A stretch of DNA of 61,334 nucleotides, counting the filler, from Rhizaria sp. SCN 62-66 (Eukaryota), in NCBI GenBank assembly GCA_001724265.1. It is 3 parts of 3 records of this genome, joined end to end, with 100 filler letters (N's around TTAATTAATTAA, not from the genome) between each part and the next. Parts side by side here need not be neighbours in the genome. Positions count along the whole stretch, not along the records: positions 1 to 18,873 come from MEDY01000481.1; positions 18,974 to 44,031 come from MEDY01000482.1; 1 more part is not named here. The stretch is one strand, 5' to 3'. The translations under genes were made by a program, and so were the position numbers. Numbering within the stretch: the first letter of the stretch is position 1; the number at the start of each line of letters is the position of its first letter. Shown in pieces: positions 13,608 to 25,600 of the stretch. The notes beneath the pieces were generated by a model. The model had not been told where the DNA came from and made no database searches. It was given only the letters and a program-made list of their open reading frames with translations.

Positions 13608-15566
13608 TTAGAAGAGAATCATGCCCTCAGGGTTCTCGATGTGGTCCTTGAGCTGGTTGGCGAAGCGCGCGACGTAGGCGCCGTCCAGGGCGCGGTGGTC
13701 CGCAGTCCAGCCGATGTTCATCACGGTCGAGGGGTAGACCTGAGGTTGTGGAGCGTTGCAACAAAAGTGAAAGAGAAACAAAGAGATCATAGGACGGAGA
13801 TTAGTGTGGTTCGAAAAATCACCACTATATAATCAGATGAAAAATTATGAAATAGCTATAGTTTAAGCAAAATCTAACTGAAACAACAACTATGAATGGA
13901 CACTAAAGGTTTAGCGATCTTAAAGGCTTAGCGTACCTGGCCGCGGGAGTCGAAGGCGGCGACGGTGTGGAAGCGGCCGAGCGCAGCAATAGCGACCTCG
14001 GGGACAACGAGCACGGGCGTGCAGTACGTGCCGCCAATGGTGCCGATGTTGGACAGCGTGATGGTGCCGCCGCGGAGGTCCTCGGGGCCCAGCTTGCCGT
14101 CAGCGCCAAGAGCCTAGGAAGAAGAAAAGAAAACAAAGGAAACCAAGAAAATGATCGTGAATGTGAGCACAATAAAGCTGATTTGTGGTGGATACTTATT
14201 ATAACATTATAAAGCATTCGACAACTAATTGCATCATAAATCCCGCTAAATTACAGCTTGCTTTGATAAACCTATGTACCTGAAGGCGGTTGAGCTCAGC
14301 GCCAATCTCGAGAATGGAGAGGTTCTGCACGTTCTTGATGTTGGGCACGAGGAGCCCCTTGGGGGTGTCCATGGCGAGGCCGATGTTGTGCGCGCCGCGC
14401 TGCGTGACGACGGAGCAATCGGCGTTGACGTGGGCGTTCATGAGCGGGTACTTGCTCAGCGACAGCGACAAAGCCTTGATGATGAAGGCGAAATACGACA
14501 GTTTGACGCCGTGCTGGTCCTTGGCAAGCGGGGCGACCTTCTTGCGCAGCGCGATGAGCGCGTCGACCGAGATCTGGTCCGCGAAGCCCAGAGTGGGGAC
14601 GGCGGCGGCGGCGGTCATGGTCTTGACCATGACGCGCTGGATGCCGGTGACGGGGCGCTCCACATCAACAGCGGCGCCCGCGGCGACGGCGCGCTTGGGC
14701 ACGGACGCGGCAGCGGCGGCGGCCTTCACGGGAGCAGCAGCAGCGGCAGGGGCAGAGGCAGGAGCAGCGCCGGCGGCAGCGCCGGCGGGGGCGGCGGCGG
14801 GGGCGGCGGCGGGGGCGGCGGGGGCGGCCGAGTTGGAGGCAATAAACGCGCGGTACGCGTGGATGTCCTCCTTGGTAACCTGTCCCTTGGTGCCGGTGGG
14901 CGCGACGCGGCCCAGGTCGACGCCCAGCTCAGCAGCGAGGCGGCGCACGACAGGGGAGGCAAGCACGTCGCGGCTGTTGCGCGGGGTCAGCAGCGCAGCG
15001 CTCGCGTTGGAGCCCGCACCGCCGGCGCCGGAGAGCGGGCACGCGGCGGCGGAGGACGCGCCCGCGGCGGGGGCCGCAGCGGCGGCGCCGGAGCCGACGG
15101 CGGTGGTGAGCTTGATGTAGATGAGCGGCTTGCCAACGGCGGCCATCTCGCCCTGAGCATAGCCGAGGCGCTCGACAATGCCGTCGTAGCGCGACGTGAT
15201 CTCGACATTGGCCTTGTCCGACTGCACCTCGCAGATCTTGTCGAACTGAGAGATCTTGTCGCCGGCCTTGATGTGCCACTGGATGATCTCGACTTCGGCA
15301 ATGCCTTCGCCGATGTCAGCCAGAGGGAAACCGACGACGTCGCCGACGGCGCCGGACACCTGAGCGCTCGCGGGCGACGCGAACGCGCGCGCGGGCACCG
15401 CAAACACCGGCGCCGCAGTAAAGGAGGCCGCGCGCACAGGGACAGGAGCGGCAGCGGAGAATGACACGGCGCGGGCAGGGGTGGCGGTGGTGGAGATCGG
15501 AGACGCACGAGCGGCCACGCATAGCGCGGAGGTGGCGGCGCGCTGCGCGATTCGAGCGGAGGCCAT
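13608..15566 (-). CDS. DBT: Mitochondrial branched-chain 2-oxoacid dehydrogenase E2 (dihydrolipoyl transacylase); exons 15566-14280, 14113-13937, 13739-13608
   Basis: Arg/Ala/Ser-rich presequence, lipoyl domain ([19 protein letters not shown]...[17 protein letters not shown]), E3-binding domain (ASPVVRRLA...[11 protein letters not shown]) and catalytic domain ending [10 protein letters not shown]...PEGMILF-TAA. Introns 14279-14114 and 13936-13740 preserve the frame. Confidence 0.93.
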
Positions 15567-16203
15567 AATTGAACGCTGCGGGGTAAATATTAGATTGGGG
15601 TGACAATAGTGGGATGAGAAGTGAGCTTTAAGTGGCGAAGGGCGAGATAGCACAAAGTAACCAAATTGCAGACAGTGGCAGGCACGAGAGAGTGCAAGGA
15701 ACGTACCGACGCGGTGCGAAGCATGTTGAGGTCTGGAAGGGTAGCAAGTATGACAAGGGCGTATGGGAGATATTGATAGACGTTAGCAAAAGCGGCACAA
15801 AAAGAAAACGGGCCAGTAGCAGGAGTCTGCCACAGCTCGCGCGGCCGCAGGCGTCACACAAGAGTGTCTCACAAGAAGCCGCCACGGGCACCTATCCCAC
15901 GAAGGCATATGAACGTCACTGACACAAATAGACTCATAGCAAAAACGAAACCATCTCGGCATCCCATAAAAATCACAAGTTCGCTAAACGCGCATGTGCT
16001 CATCGGTTGCAGGCTGTTTTTTAGAGAGCTCTTCAGTCTGTGCACGTCGCGCCGGAGTCGCGGTCGATCGATGACTGCGGTCGGCATTTTCGCGAACTGG
16101 GCGGCCGATCTCCAGTCCACCACCAACGAAATCGTGGGTGATGACGAAGTCGAGGGCAAACGTCCATCTTGATCTTTCTGACCGACAGATTGTCTCAACC
16201 AAA

Positions 16204-17155
16204 ATGAGTGAACAGGTACGTTGCAGAAATGTGGGTTTTAATTCTCGTGTTTTGTTTTGTTCACGCTTGACGGTCAATCTGTGCGTCTTTTGACGCTGCA
16301 AGGCGAAATCGTGAAAGCTCGTGTGCACACACTCCACCATCGGCCCGCTTTCCCGGCACCTCTGGCCGCGCAACCGCTCTGCCTGGACCTCGCTCACCCG
16401 CATTCCGTCTTTTGTTTTCTCTCTGTGACGCGTCTTTGCTGCGCACTTCGCTGCGCACGCACAGTCTAAGCTCGAGTACGACAGCATGAACAAGAACACC
16501 GAGTTCCTCTCTGGCAAGGGCTTCTTCGTGTTCTATGTCCTCACGCTCATCGGCGCGCGCACCGTGATCTACTTCTTCACGTCGCTCGTCTCCCAGAAGT
16601 GGGGCCAGTACCCCACCACCACCACTCACATTATCCACTCCATCGTACGTCGCAAGCCCCACTCGCGCGGCGCTTTAAACAACTGGGATCGCCGTCGACT
16701 CGAGGCGATATCTTGCTCAATGTCGCTCTCTCATGCTCTCTTGCGTCTTGAAACACTATGTTACATCACATATATGTATCCACGCTTTATTTTGTCTTAC
16801 TTCTCCTATCTTTGTGTTTGCGCGTTGCTTTTGCCTTTGTCCTCTCTTTCTCGTGTTTCTTTAGCTGACTCTGTACTCGATGCACTGGGTTAAGGGCGCC
16901 CCCTTCTGGGCCGCCGAGGACCAGGGCCGCTTTGCGCACCTCACCTTCTGGGAGCAGATTGACCACGGCCGTCAGAACACGTCCACCAAGAAGCTCCTGA
17001 CCGCCATCCCCGTCGTGCTGTACCTGCTGGCGTCAATGGAGACCGAGTGGAACACGGCGCTGCTGCTTGTCAACGGCGTCTTCACCGTCATCGCGGTGCT
17101 CGGTAAGCTGCCCTTCATGCACAAGGCGCGCATCTTTGGCATCAACAAGGATTAA
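16204..17155 (+). CDS. ORMDL: ORM1/ORMDL serine-palmitoyltransferase regulator; exons 16204-16215, 16465-16644, 16865-17155
   Basis: Family motifs HWVKGAPF...DQG...LTFWEQID...KKLLTAIPVVLYLLAS...KLPFMHKARIFGINKD-TAA. Introns 16216-16464 and 16645-16864 (both GTACGT..AG) give one frame: MSEQ|SKLEYDSMNKNT...IIHSI|LTLYSMHW. Confidence 0.92.
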
Positions 17156-17655
17156 GCGATTCTGCCAACTCACACTAAACATCGAAACGCGGCAGCAGCA
17201 TAGGCGGCGACGGCACTCACAGGGGCTGGTCATCATTGTCATGACCACTATCGCTATCGAGTTGTGTTTATCTTGCGACACCCAAGAACGGCAGATATAC
17301 GAGCAAGAATCATATCATATAATTCAAGTATTTTCCCAATCCAAAAGATTTAATTATCATCACAACAATTGTGTTATAAGTCCACAAATATATAGACACA
17401 CACAGCAACAACAGCACGGGGTGTGTAATTAAAACAACTCAAACGTGTTATTTTTCTTTAATGGGTGTGTGTGTGTTTTCCTAAACCTCCGAATCAATCG
17501 ATACAAAGATACAAAGCATATGTTACGCAATCACATTTCCCCCGCATGTCTTAACTCAAAAAGTTGTAAGCGTATACCACTGTGTAAGCTTATTGTTTAA
17601 AAAACGATAACCATCGGTCCTTCGTATACTGTCGTCGTCGTGCGCTGCAAACACA

Positions 17656-18638
17656 ATGCCTACTTCGCTCAGTCGTACGTTTCCTATCTTTCCACCCTAC
17701 CACATTAGCTTTTGACGCGCACTGATTCTTTACTCTCTTCAACTCGAGCTCGATCTCTCTCTTAATTTCTCCGCGCAAGTCTCGAGGCTGAGACAGGCTT
17801 CTCAAGCCTTACATTTCTCACTCTCCTGCCCCGCTCGACGCGGCCCTCGTCGAGCTCTGCCACCGCGCACTCCGCCGACGCCCTCACAGCGCAGCGTTGA
17901 TGCTGAGGTTGATGCGGAGAGCGAGACGGAGCGGCTTGTGGCGCGCTCGCGGTCTTGGCGCGGCACATGAGCTCTGTGCCCGAGCTTCCGCCGCTGAACG
18001 AGCCGCTGCACCATACACCTTCTCGTGGGAACGGGAACGCTAACGCGCAGTTGCAGCCACAGCCGCAGCCGCAGTCTTTGTCGGCGCATCTGCCGGGGCG
18101 CAGGGGCGGCGCGCTGCTGAGCCCAACTGGTCGGCTGCTGACAGGTGTTCCGACGCGCGCGGCAAGTGGTGACGAAGACTTTGACGATGACGATGACAAC
18201 TATGACGATGTCGGTCGTCCTGCTGCGGCGCAAAACAACAATGAGATGCGCTACAACGGTGATATTGTTGCTGGGATTGCGGACGCGTATAACTCAAAGA
18301 TTATTGCGCCTATAACAAGTCGCGTCTTTATCTTTGGTGTGAACGACAGCGCCACGAACTGTGACGCTCATAACAGCATTGCGCAGTTTCAGTCACATGC
18401 GCATTTGCCGCATGACAGCGTGCGCGCGCGTCTGGCGGCCGACAGTTCGGGGCTACCAGGATATGCGTTCCGCAGCAATAACAATGATAGCGAGCTCCTC
18501 GACGTCAATGATAACGACGGTCGAGGTAACATGAACGGCCAAGAAGACAATAGTTCCATCAGTAACTATGCCGATGACGTGTCCTTATTGAGTGAGCTGA
18601 GGTCGCAGCAAGACAACGTTGACAACTTCGACAACTAA
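17656..18638 (+). pseudogene. Probable degraded gene or orphan with Asn/Asp-rich low-complexity C-terminal part (ORF 17955-18638)
   Basis: ATG at 17656 is followed by a GTACGT donor at 17675 and a pyrimidine-rich stretch. Downstream protein-like text moves between all three frames (SPAPLDAALVELCHRAL; SVDAEVDAESETERLVARS; MSSVPELPPLNEPLHH). No family recognised. Confidence 0.3.
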
Positions 18639-18793
18639 ACAATGTGCACCGTGTTGTTTTCTCGGTCACCAACACGTTTTCCAGAGTCATATCGTTCCGG
18701 TGAGTGGAAATGGACGAACTCGTTGCATGTGCGACAGTTACCCAGATTTTTACATAGGTATTTTAAAGAAAGAGTAGTAGTATGGGGGGGAGC

Positions 18794-18873
18794 GGACTAT
18801 AACTCACACGAACAAAAATGAACTATCACAACTCAGTCACTGAGGACTATAACTCACACGAACAAAAATGAAC
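18794..18873 (+). repeat. Direct repeat with 50-nt period (30-nt identical copy GGACTATAACTCACACGAACAAAAATGAAC) running into the assembly gap
   Basis: Identical copies start at 18794 and 18844; the second is cut by Ns. Confidence 0.9.
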
Positions 18874-18973
18874 NNNNNNNNNNNNNNNNNNNNNNNNNNN
18901 NNNNNNNNNNNNNNNNNTTAATTAATTAANNNNNNNNNNNNNNNNNNNNNNNNNNNNNNNNNNNNNNNNNNNN
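18874..18973. other. Artificial contig/scaffold linker (44 N + TTAATTAATTAA + 44 N)
   Basis: Exactly 100 nt with a palindromic all-frame-stop core at 18918-18929; identical in structure to the linker at 44032-44131. Confidence 0.97.
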
Positions 18974-18976
18974 CCC

Positions 18977-21635
18977 GTGTGTTGGTTGCAAGATGCTGAG
19001 TTCATGCAAGGTTTGTCTGTTTACTCGTGCGTCTTTATCTCTGATGTATGGGCACGTCACTTGGAGCATCTTGTTGCGTCGTATCCGTCGAGACTTAAGT
19101 ATGGTGGCGATAGCCAAGACAACGACAGTCGACGACCTGGCCGCAATTTGTCCATCCAGTCAGGTCTTGCCACGTACCGCAACAGCATTATGATTGATAC
19201 TAAGAGCGAACTTAGCTTTTTGCTTCCATTTTCGAATGATACAGTCCGCAGCAGCCTTATTTCGATGTCCCGGGCCGCGCAGTTCGAGGCCGTGGCAACA
19301 CTACTGCAGCACGGCACGGTGCTATCGGACATGTTCGACTGTACCGCCATCTTAGGCACCGAGTGCGCTCTTCTTTGGGGCCTTGAGCCACAGTCTTTGG
19401 TGGGCGATACGTCAGATCGACGGGACGGGCAGTCTGAGTCTGCAACCACTGACTGCAACCCGGGCCCGTGGGAACTTTTCTCGGGTGACGCACTCCTGAG
19501 CGTGCCAGGCACTGTCGGTCACGCGCGCGCTGCGCGCATGCTGCGCATGGTGCTGATGTGGCCTTGCCTTCCGCGCAGATATCGACTGTTCTTGCCGCCA
19601 AATGACGCAAAAAGTCTCCGGCACGGCTCTTCTGGTCTTGCTTCCTCTGGCGACGGCGCAGCGATGAGCGACTTCGGGGACCTGCGCACTCTTGGTCGTG
19701 CTGACAATGAGCCAACGCAAGACCCGTTTCCTGCTGATGCAGCTGGATTGGCATCTACCACTGGATCTGGCGGCCCCGCCTTTGACCCACTAGTTCACTG
19801 GGACCCGATTCGTGCGAAGGCTGCACTGCGCCGCTCTCTTGCTGCAAAATTCGACTTCGCGCTGGTGGGGACTTTAGTGACTGCTATTTCCTCCGGCGCG
19901 CTCGAAGAGGACTTTGCTGAGGTGCTGGAGCCATACGCTGAACGCGCGCTGACGTTCCTGAACCCTGAGACTGCCCACTGCTGGGCGTTGCCGGCGCGCT
20001 TCATGTGCGTCGTCACGCGCCTTGGACTTGGGCACGCGAGGGTCAAGGTAGGAGAGAATGATACAGAAAACACGGCCAGCAACAATCGCGGCAAAACAGC
20101 AAACATATTTTGTGTTGAGAATCCTGCTATGGTGTCGACGTTTGGAATCATGCAATTCCTCTCGACGGCTAAGCTGCTATCACTTCACAAATCGACGACA
20201 AATGCTTCATCTGGCGGTAACACGAGCACCTCTACTGAACCAGTGATCGACGATAGCTGCCACGTACGCTGCCGCCGTCGAGCCTGTGCGCGACACGCTT
20301 GCAGCACTGCCTTCTATCATTGCAGCTTATGACGCACGGGTTGCCCGGCTTATTACACGCCTTTGTGGTGCCATCGAGAGCTTCAACAACAGCATAAAGG
20401 AAAACAGTAATGATAGCGGCAGCATGGAAAATCAAGTGCCACATCAATTTTTCTCGACTCTTGAGCTGTTGCAGCAACACCAGCGTCAGAAGCCGCGTCT
20501 AAAGTCTGTGCCACCGCTGTCTGCCTCGTTTGAGTGGGGGTTGTCTGTTGGCGCGCCGCTCACGGTCGCTGCGTGTTGCCGTCACGGCCTGCTGGCCAAC
20601 CTGGGGCACCACGTGCTCGTCGCTTTCATTATGGGCCATGGCACGCACAAGCCCCTGGACCCGCACACAGTGCCCTATCTGCTTCCGCCACGCTCTGGCA
20701 CCTGGGGCGCCGACAACAGCACGGCCGCAGGGCGGCGCGCCGTGGCCCGCGCCCTCGAGACGCTGCTCGTGGCGGCGACGAAGCTGGAGCTTTTCCGTAT
20801 TTTCACCACAGATGGCTCGCTGCTTCCGTGGCTGCCGCCACTGACACTGCTCGACGCGCTGTGTGTGACCGCCAATGCGGCCGCCGTCGAAGTCGTGCTT
20901 GCGGCCTACCGTCGGGCCACCGAGGGACTGGCGACGCCGCGTGCGGTGTTCTGCGCGCGCATGGCGTACTACGCGCTGCTCACGGGTGCTGTTGCGTCGC
21001 TGTCTGTTGCGCACAGCGCGCACGACGTTCTTGCCACAGCGCGGCTCCTGCTTGCGGCGCTGCGTCCATGCGCAGACTCCTGCACCCGCTGCGCGCAGGC
21101 GCGTTGCATCATCTACGAGGCGCCCGTTAAACGTGACGCAAAATACGCGCTGCCACTGCAGCGGCTGCTGCCGAGTGCGTACGGCCAGCTGGGACTCGCG
21201 GCGCACGCGCTGGTGGGGGGTCACGCCGCGGTGGGTTTTTTCACCGTGATGACGGACCCGCAGCGGCACCGCGCGTGGCTGTGGACGCTGCGCCAGGGCG
21301 TGCGCGCGGGCTTTGTGCAGTGGCGCGATGTCACGGACGACAAGCGCGCCAGTGAGCATGCAGCTGGAAAGAGCGCTGACGCGCAGCGTATGACTGATGA
21401 ACCGGCAGCGGAGCGAGAGCAAAAGCGTGCTGATGAACGGAGCCTGGAGCTCGTATTTGTGCGGGCCGCGACGAACTGGCCCTCGTGTTTTGATCGGCCA
21501 GACGTGGACAGGGGTGACGCCTACATCGGACTGAGTGCAACAGCGCTGAGGCGCGGACTGGCGGCGCTGCGGGCCTTCGTGGGCGAATGCGACGATGATG
21601 AGGTCATTGATGAGGAGAATGTCGACACCAAGTGA
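18977..21635 (+). CDS. 5'-truncated hypothetical protein with a frame change near 20245-20290 (ORFs 18977-20332 and 20286-21635)
   Basis: Two long overlapping ORFs (451 and 449 aa) with protein-like composition; the first starts at the gap edge and the second ends in TGA. No domain recognised. Confidence 0.55.
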
Positions 21636-22086
21636 CTCTCACGCACAACAACAGAAAGAGCAAGAGCAAAGTGAACGCAATGACCACCGCGTCCGAACTG
21701 ATAGAACTGATATGTGGTGGGGGGAGCAGGGGCAAGACACGCCCTAAGTCGAGATGAGGAAGACATTAAGTGTTCACAAGCTACGACATATATATAATAA
21801 TATTAATATTCATGCATTTCGTTGAAGGAAATAAATTCAAGTACCTATACTACTTTCAAATAATACATTTTTTTCATTAAAGATTATTGTCAATCTATGA
21901 GTCTTCTTTCGCAATACTCGAAGTAAGTTCGCGCTCGCGCAGCTGCAGTAGCGGGGGCGCAGCTTGCCCGCCTGCTGCTCTGCTGATTCTGCAAGGGTGG
22001 CAAGGACCGCGGGAGCAAAAGTAAAGGGACGTGTGCCAGTACCGCGGAGCGTGCGCGCAGGGCGGCGCGGCAAGGGCGTGACATGC

Positions 22087-22093
22087 AAAAAAA
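22087..22093 (-). terminator. RNA polymerase III oligo-T terminator of the tRNA-Met gene
   Basis: A7 on the plus strand (T7 on minus), 3 nt downstream of the tRNA 3' end. Confidence 0.8.
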
Positions 22094-22096
22094 TAA

Positions 22097-22169
22097 TGTC
22101 CAATGCGGGGATCGAACCCGCGACCTTGGGATTATGAGACCCACGCTCTACCAACTGAGCCAACTAGAC
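22097..22169 (-). tRNA. tRNA-Met(CAT), elongator type, intronless
   Basis: Minus strand reads GTCTAGTTGGCTCAGTTGGTAGAGCGTGGGTCTCATAATCCCAAGGTCGCGGGTTCGATCCCCGCATTGGACA (73 nt). It has acceptor stem GTCTAGT/ATTGGAC, D-arm GCTC/GAGC, anticodon loop CT-CAT-AA with a T31:T39 pair, and a T-loop starting TTCGA (not the initiator ATCG). Confidence 0.95.
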
Positions 22170-22684
22170 GGTAATCTTAACTAAACAGGAGTAGCTTTAA
22201 GATGAGGGCTGCAACCAAAATTTAGGTTATAGATACCAATTTTGACCTAGTTTTCCAGTGGTCACTGATCTTGAAAAAGCGCCATGGCTTTTGAATTGGG
22301 GATATTGAAGAAAATTCTCACATGCTCCGTTTTTAATTATATATATAATGAGAAATGTCACTTTTACTATTGATATCGTACGGAAACTTTGATCAACGGA
22401 ATCCTTGCTAACGAATTTGCTTGTTTTGATCACAGCACCCGACTTCGCGCGCGAGAACACAGATCCTAGAGATTCCGCGCTTTGCGACTGGTTCTCTTTC
22501 TGTAGACCTCACTCGCGTCAGCGCGCGGTTTTGATTTACGATTTCCGTAGGTATCCACCTGGTTTCTTCTTCTGGTGGTCTTCTTCTATCCCAACAAACC
22601 CGGCAGCGCGCGCACCGCCGCTGTTGTCAGAGTCGAGTGAGTTTCACCGCTTTCTCGCACTCCCTGTAAGTCGCCACTCTCAGC

Positions 22685-25600
22685 ATGAACCCTTCATCAC
22701 ATGGTGGTGACTCCTCACTACTTGCGACTTTTCCCGCTGCATTTCGCGCTGCCGCAGTCACAACTGCTGCTCCTGCATCAACTATTGCTGCGCCCGTCGC
22801 TGCGCCGACTGTCTCTGCGCCTGTTGCTGCAAGAATGCAGTCCTACGGCCCGTCGCCCGCGCTTTTCGCCGCCAGCGCGCCCACGCTGATGCTCTCCACA
22901 TCGGCCTCTTCCGCATCGTCCTCCTCGTCGTTTGCTGCGACTGCGGCGCCCGCGCCTGCGACTGCTGCTGCGACCGCCGCATCTCCTGCTGTCCCGGGCG
23001 CTCCATCTGCCACTGTGACGCTCTCGGGCTTTACCGCCGTCCCTGTCGCCGTGCCCCCGTCTTCCACGGGCGCCGCCGCGCTGCCCGCGGGCGCCGTCGC
23101 AGCGCCCGGCCTGTCTACTCAGGGTCTATCCACTGGAGGCGTGCCCACCGGAGACCTGCCCACGGGAGGCCTGTACACTGGGGTCCTGCCCTCCAATGGG
23201 GGCTTGCCCTCCTCTGGGGGCTTGCCCGCGGGGGCCGTTGTGACGACGGCGGCGGACGGCTCGGGCCGCCGCGTGATGCTCGTGCGTACCGTGGTCAAGC
23301 GGCGCGTGCCCAAGGCCGAGGCCGCGCTCATCCGCCAGCGCCAGGAGGTCGAGCGACAGGCCGCCGCAGCCGCCTCAGCCGCCGCCGCCGCCGCCGCAGC
23401 CGCAGCCGTCGCATCTGGCGCTGCGGGCGCTGGCAACGCCAGCGTCAGCGCTGCTGCTGTTGTCCCTGCTGCTGCTGCTGCTGCTGCCGCTGGTGCTGGT
23501 GCTGGAGCCGGCGGCCCCGGCGGCCCCGGCGGCGGCTTCGGGCTGCGGTCGGTGCCGGAGGCCACTGCGGAGGAAGAGGACTAGCACGATCACCTCCACG
23601 ACGATGACAACGACGCGTACGACAGAGATCACGAACACGACCCCGAGCAGGATGTAGGGAGCGTGCACGGCAGAGCGCAGGAGCAGCAGCTTCACATTGA
23701 GTTCGATCTGACGGATTCTAAAACTAACAATGCAAACACTCTCGCCACTGGCAGAAACACGGCAAGCGCGCCGAACACAACTGCTGCCGCCGCCGCCGCC
23801 GCCGCCGCCGCTGCTGACGCTGTGCTGTCCCCGGTGGCGGCCCCGTCGCCGGCCCTGGCGCCCGACGTGTTCGTGACCCACGGCGACCACCGGCGCCACG
23901 CGCGTAGCCTCGGGGCCGCAAACGCGCAGCCCAGCCTGGACGCGGACACGGAAGAGTACGCGGACGCCACAGCTGCAGCTCCTGCTCCCGCTGCTGAAAG
24001 CAGTGGCCGCGGGCGCGAGCGCGAGCGCGCATCTCCCCGTGACGCGGCCTACTATCCCAGCGCGGCTTACTTTCCCGACGCGACGGCGGAGGCCCTGGTG
24101 CCCGAGACGGCGGCCGCGCTGGCCAAAGACAAGGATGCGCCTGCCAAGGACGCGCACGCCGCGTACCTGCAGGAGTCGTTTCACTTCCTCACGCAGCCGC
24201 TGGGCGCCGTGGGCGGCCGCCGCCGCAGCGCGACCCCCGCCGCAGCGGCCGCCGCTGCTGCTGCGAGCGCCACGGCCGCGGCGACGACGGCCTCGAACCA
24301 GTATGTTTCGTTCGGCGGCTCTGCGGCGGCGGGGTCCGCGCCCGGCTCAGCCCGCGGAGCGACACCCCCGGTCCCGGCCGTCTTTAACGGCGCCAAAGTG
24401 CTGTCTGTGCCACAGGGGCAGGGGCCGGGGCCGGTGACGCCGGGCGCGGGCCGTTCGCACTCGCAACAGCGGCGCGGCGGCGGCGGCGGCGGCGGCGCGC
24501 AGGGGCAGTCAATGCAGCAACAGCAGCAACAGCAGCAACAACAGCAGTTGCAGCTGCAGGCTCAGTCGCAGTCGCCGCCGCGGCCGCGGGTCTCGTTCGC
24601 CCCCGCTGGCACCGCCGCAGCCGACGCCGGCGCAGGCGCAGGCGCAGCGCCTGCCTCGGCGGCCTCGCTCGCCCACAGTGCTGCGCAGCCCGGCGCCGCT
24701 GACACGCAGACCGGCCTGCAAGCTGGCGCGCAGACCGGCGGTGCGCGGACCGGTGACCTGCCCGCGTCGCCGAGCGTGCTGCGCGTGACCTTCCGCCGCC
24801 CCTCGGCCTCGTCTCTCGCATCGTTTGCCTCGGACGCGCACGGCATGGACGGCAGCGACAACAACTTCGCCAGAGCGCTCGCCGCGGCCGCGGAGGACGG
24901 CGGGATCGAGCTGGCTGTGCGCAAAAGTAACAACGCCGGCAGCGCGGCCGCGGCGGCTGAGGCGGCTTCTGCGACCGTCGCGCCGATGCTCGCGGCGGAC
25001 GAGAGCTTCGACAACTCGTTCGACGCGCACTTCCTCCATGCCGGCGGCCAGCCCACCGGTGCCCCCGGCGCGGCCGCGGCCCCCGGTGCGGCTGCTGTCT
25101 CCGCGACGACGGCGCAAAGCGCGCACTCGCACAGCGCGCACTCGCAACGGCTGAGGCTGCCGCTGCACGCGCACGCCGGGATTGGCTTTGACGCCAGCAT
25201 CGGCGGCCGCTCCGCCAGCAACGGCGACGGCGACGGCGGTGATGACAGCGCGGGCATCGATGCGAGCGCGCTCAGCAGCTCGAGCCACAGCGCTCTCCAC
25301 AGCCTCGGCGACACGCTCGCGCTCGACACGACGATGACGGCCGCGACGCTTGCGCGGTTCGCCGCGGCCCCCGGTCACCCCGCCGCTGCGGCGGCGGCTG
25401 CGGCTGGGCCGGGGACTGGGCCGGCTGCAGGGACTTCCGCGACAGTGGGCTTGCCCTCGCGGCGGCTGGGCGGCTACGGCTACGGCCACAGCGTTGGTGA
25501 CAGGCACGGCCACGGCCGCGGCGGCGGCGGCGACGGCGACGGCGGCGGCCGAGGCCACGGCGATGATCACGACGACGGCGACGACGGCGTCAGCGACAGC

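Noticed and set aside
17898-17912. Three in-frame TGA codons upstream of ORF 17955 as selenocysteine or readthrough
   Set aside because: They are the off-frame reading of GTT GAT GCT GAG GTT GAT (VDAEVD); no SECIS or selenoprotein motif was seen.
18794-18873. 30-nt repeat with 20-nt spacer resembling a CRISPR unit
   Set aside because: Only two copies, cut by a gap, in an intron-containing eukaryotic context with no cas genes; a tandem repeat is the simpler explanation.
18918-18929. TTAATTAATTAA palindrome as a biological site
   Set aside because: It is centred in exactly 100-nt N blocks twice, so it is a synthetic spacer.
22097-22169. tRNA as a possible amber suppressor or initiator
   Set aside because: The anticodon is CAT, not CTA, and the G1:C72 pair and TTCGA T-loop indicate elongator Met.
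23286-23584. Intron from GTACC (23286) to the TAG at 23584 removing the stop
   Set aside because: The phases are incompatible (1 versus 0), the interval is GC-rich and protein-like, and there is no pyrimidine tract before the AG.
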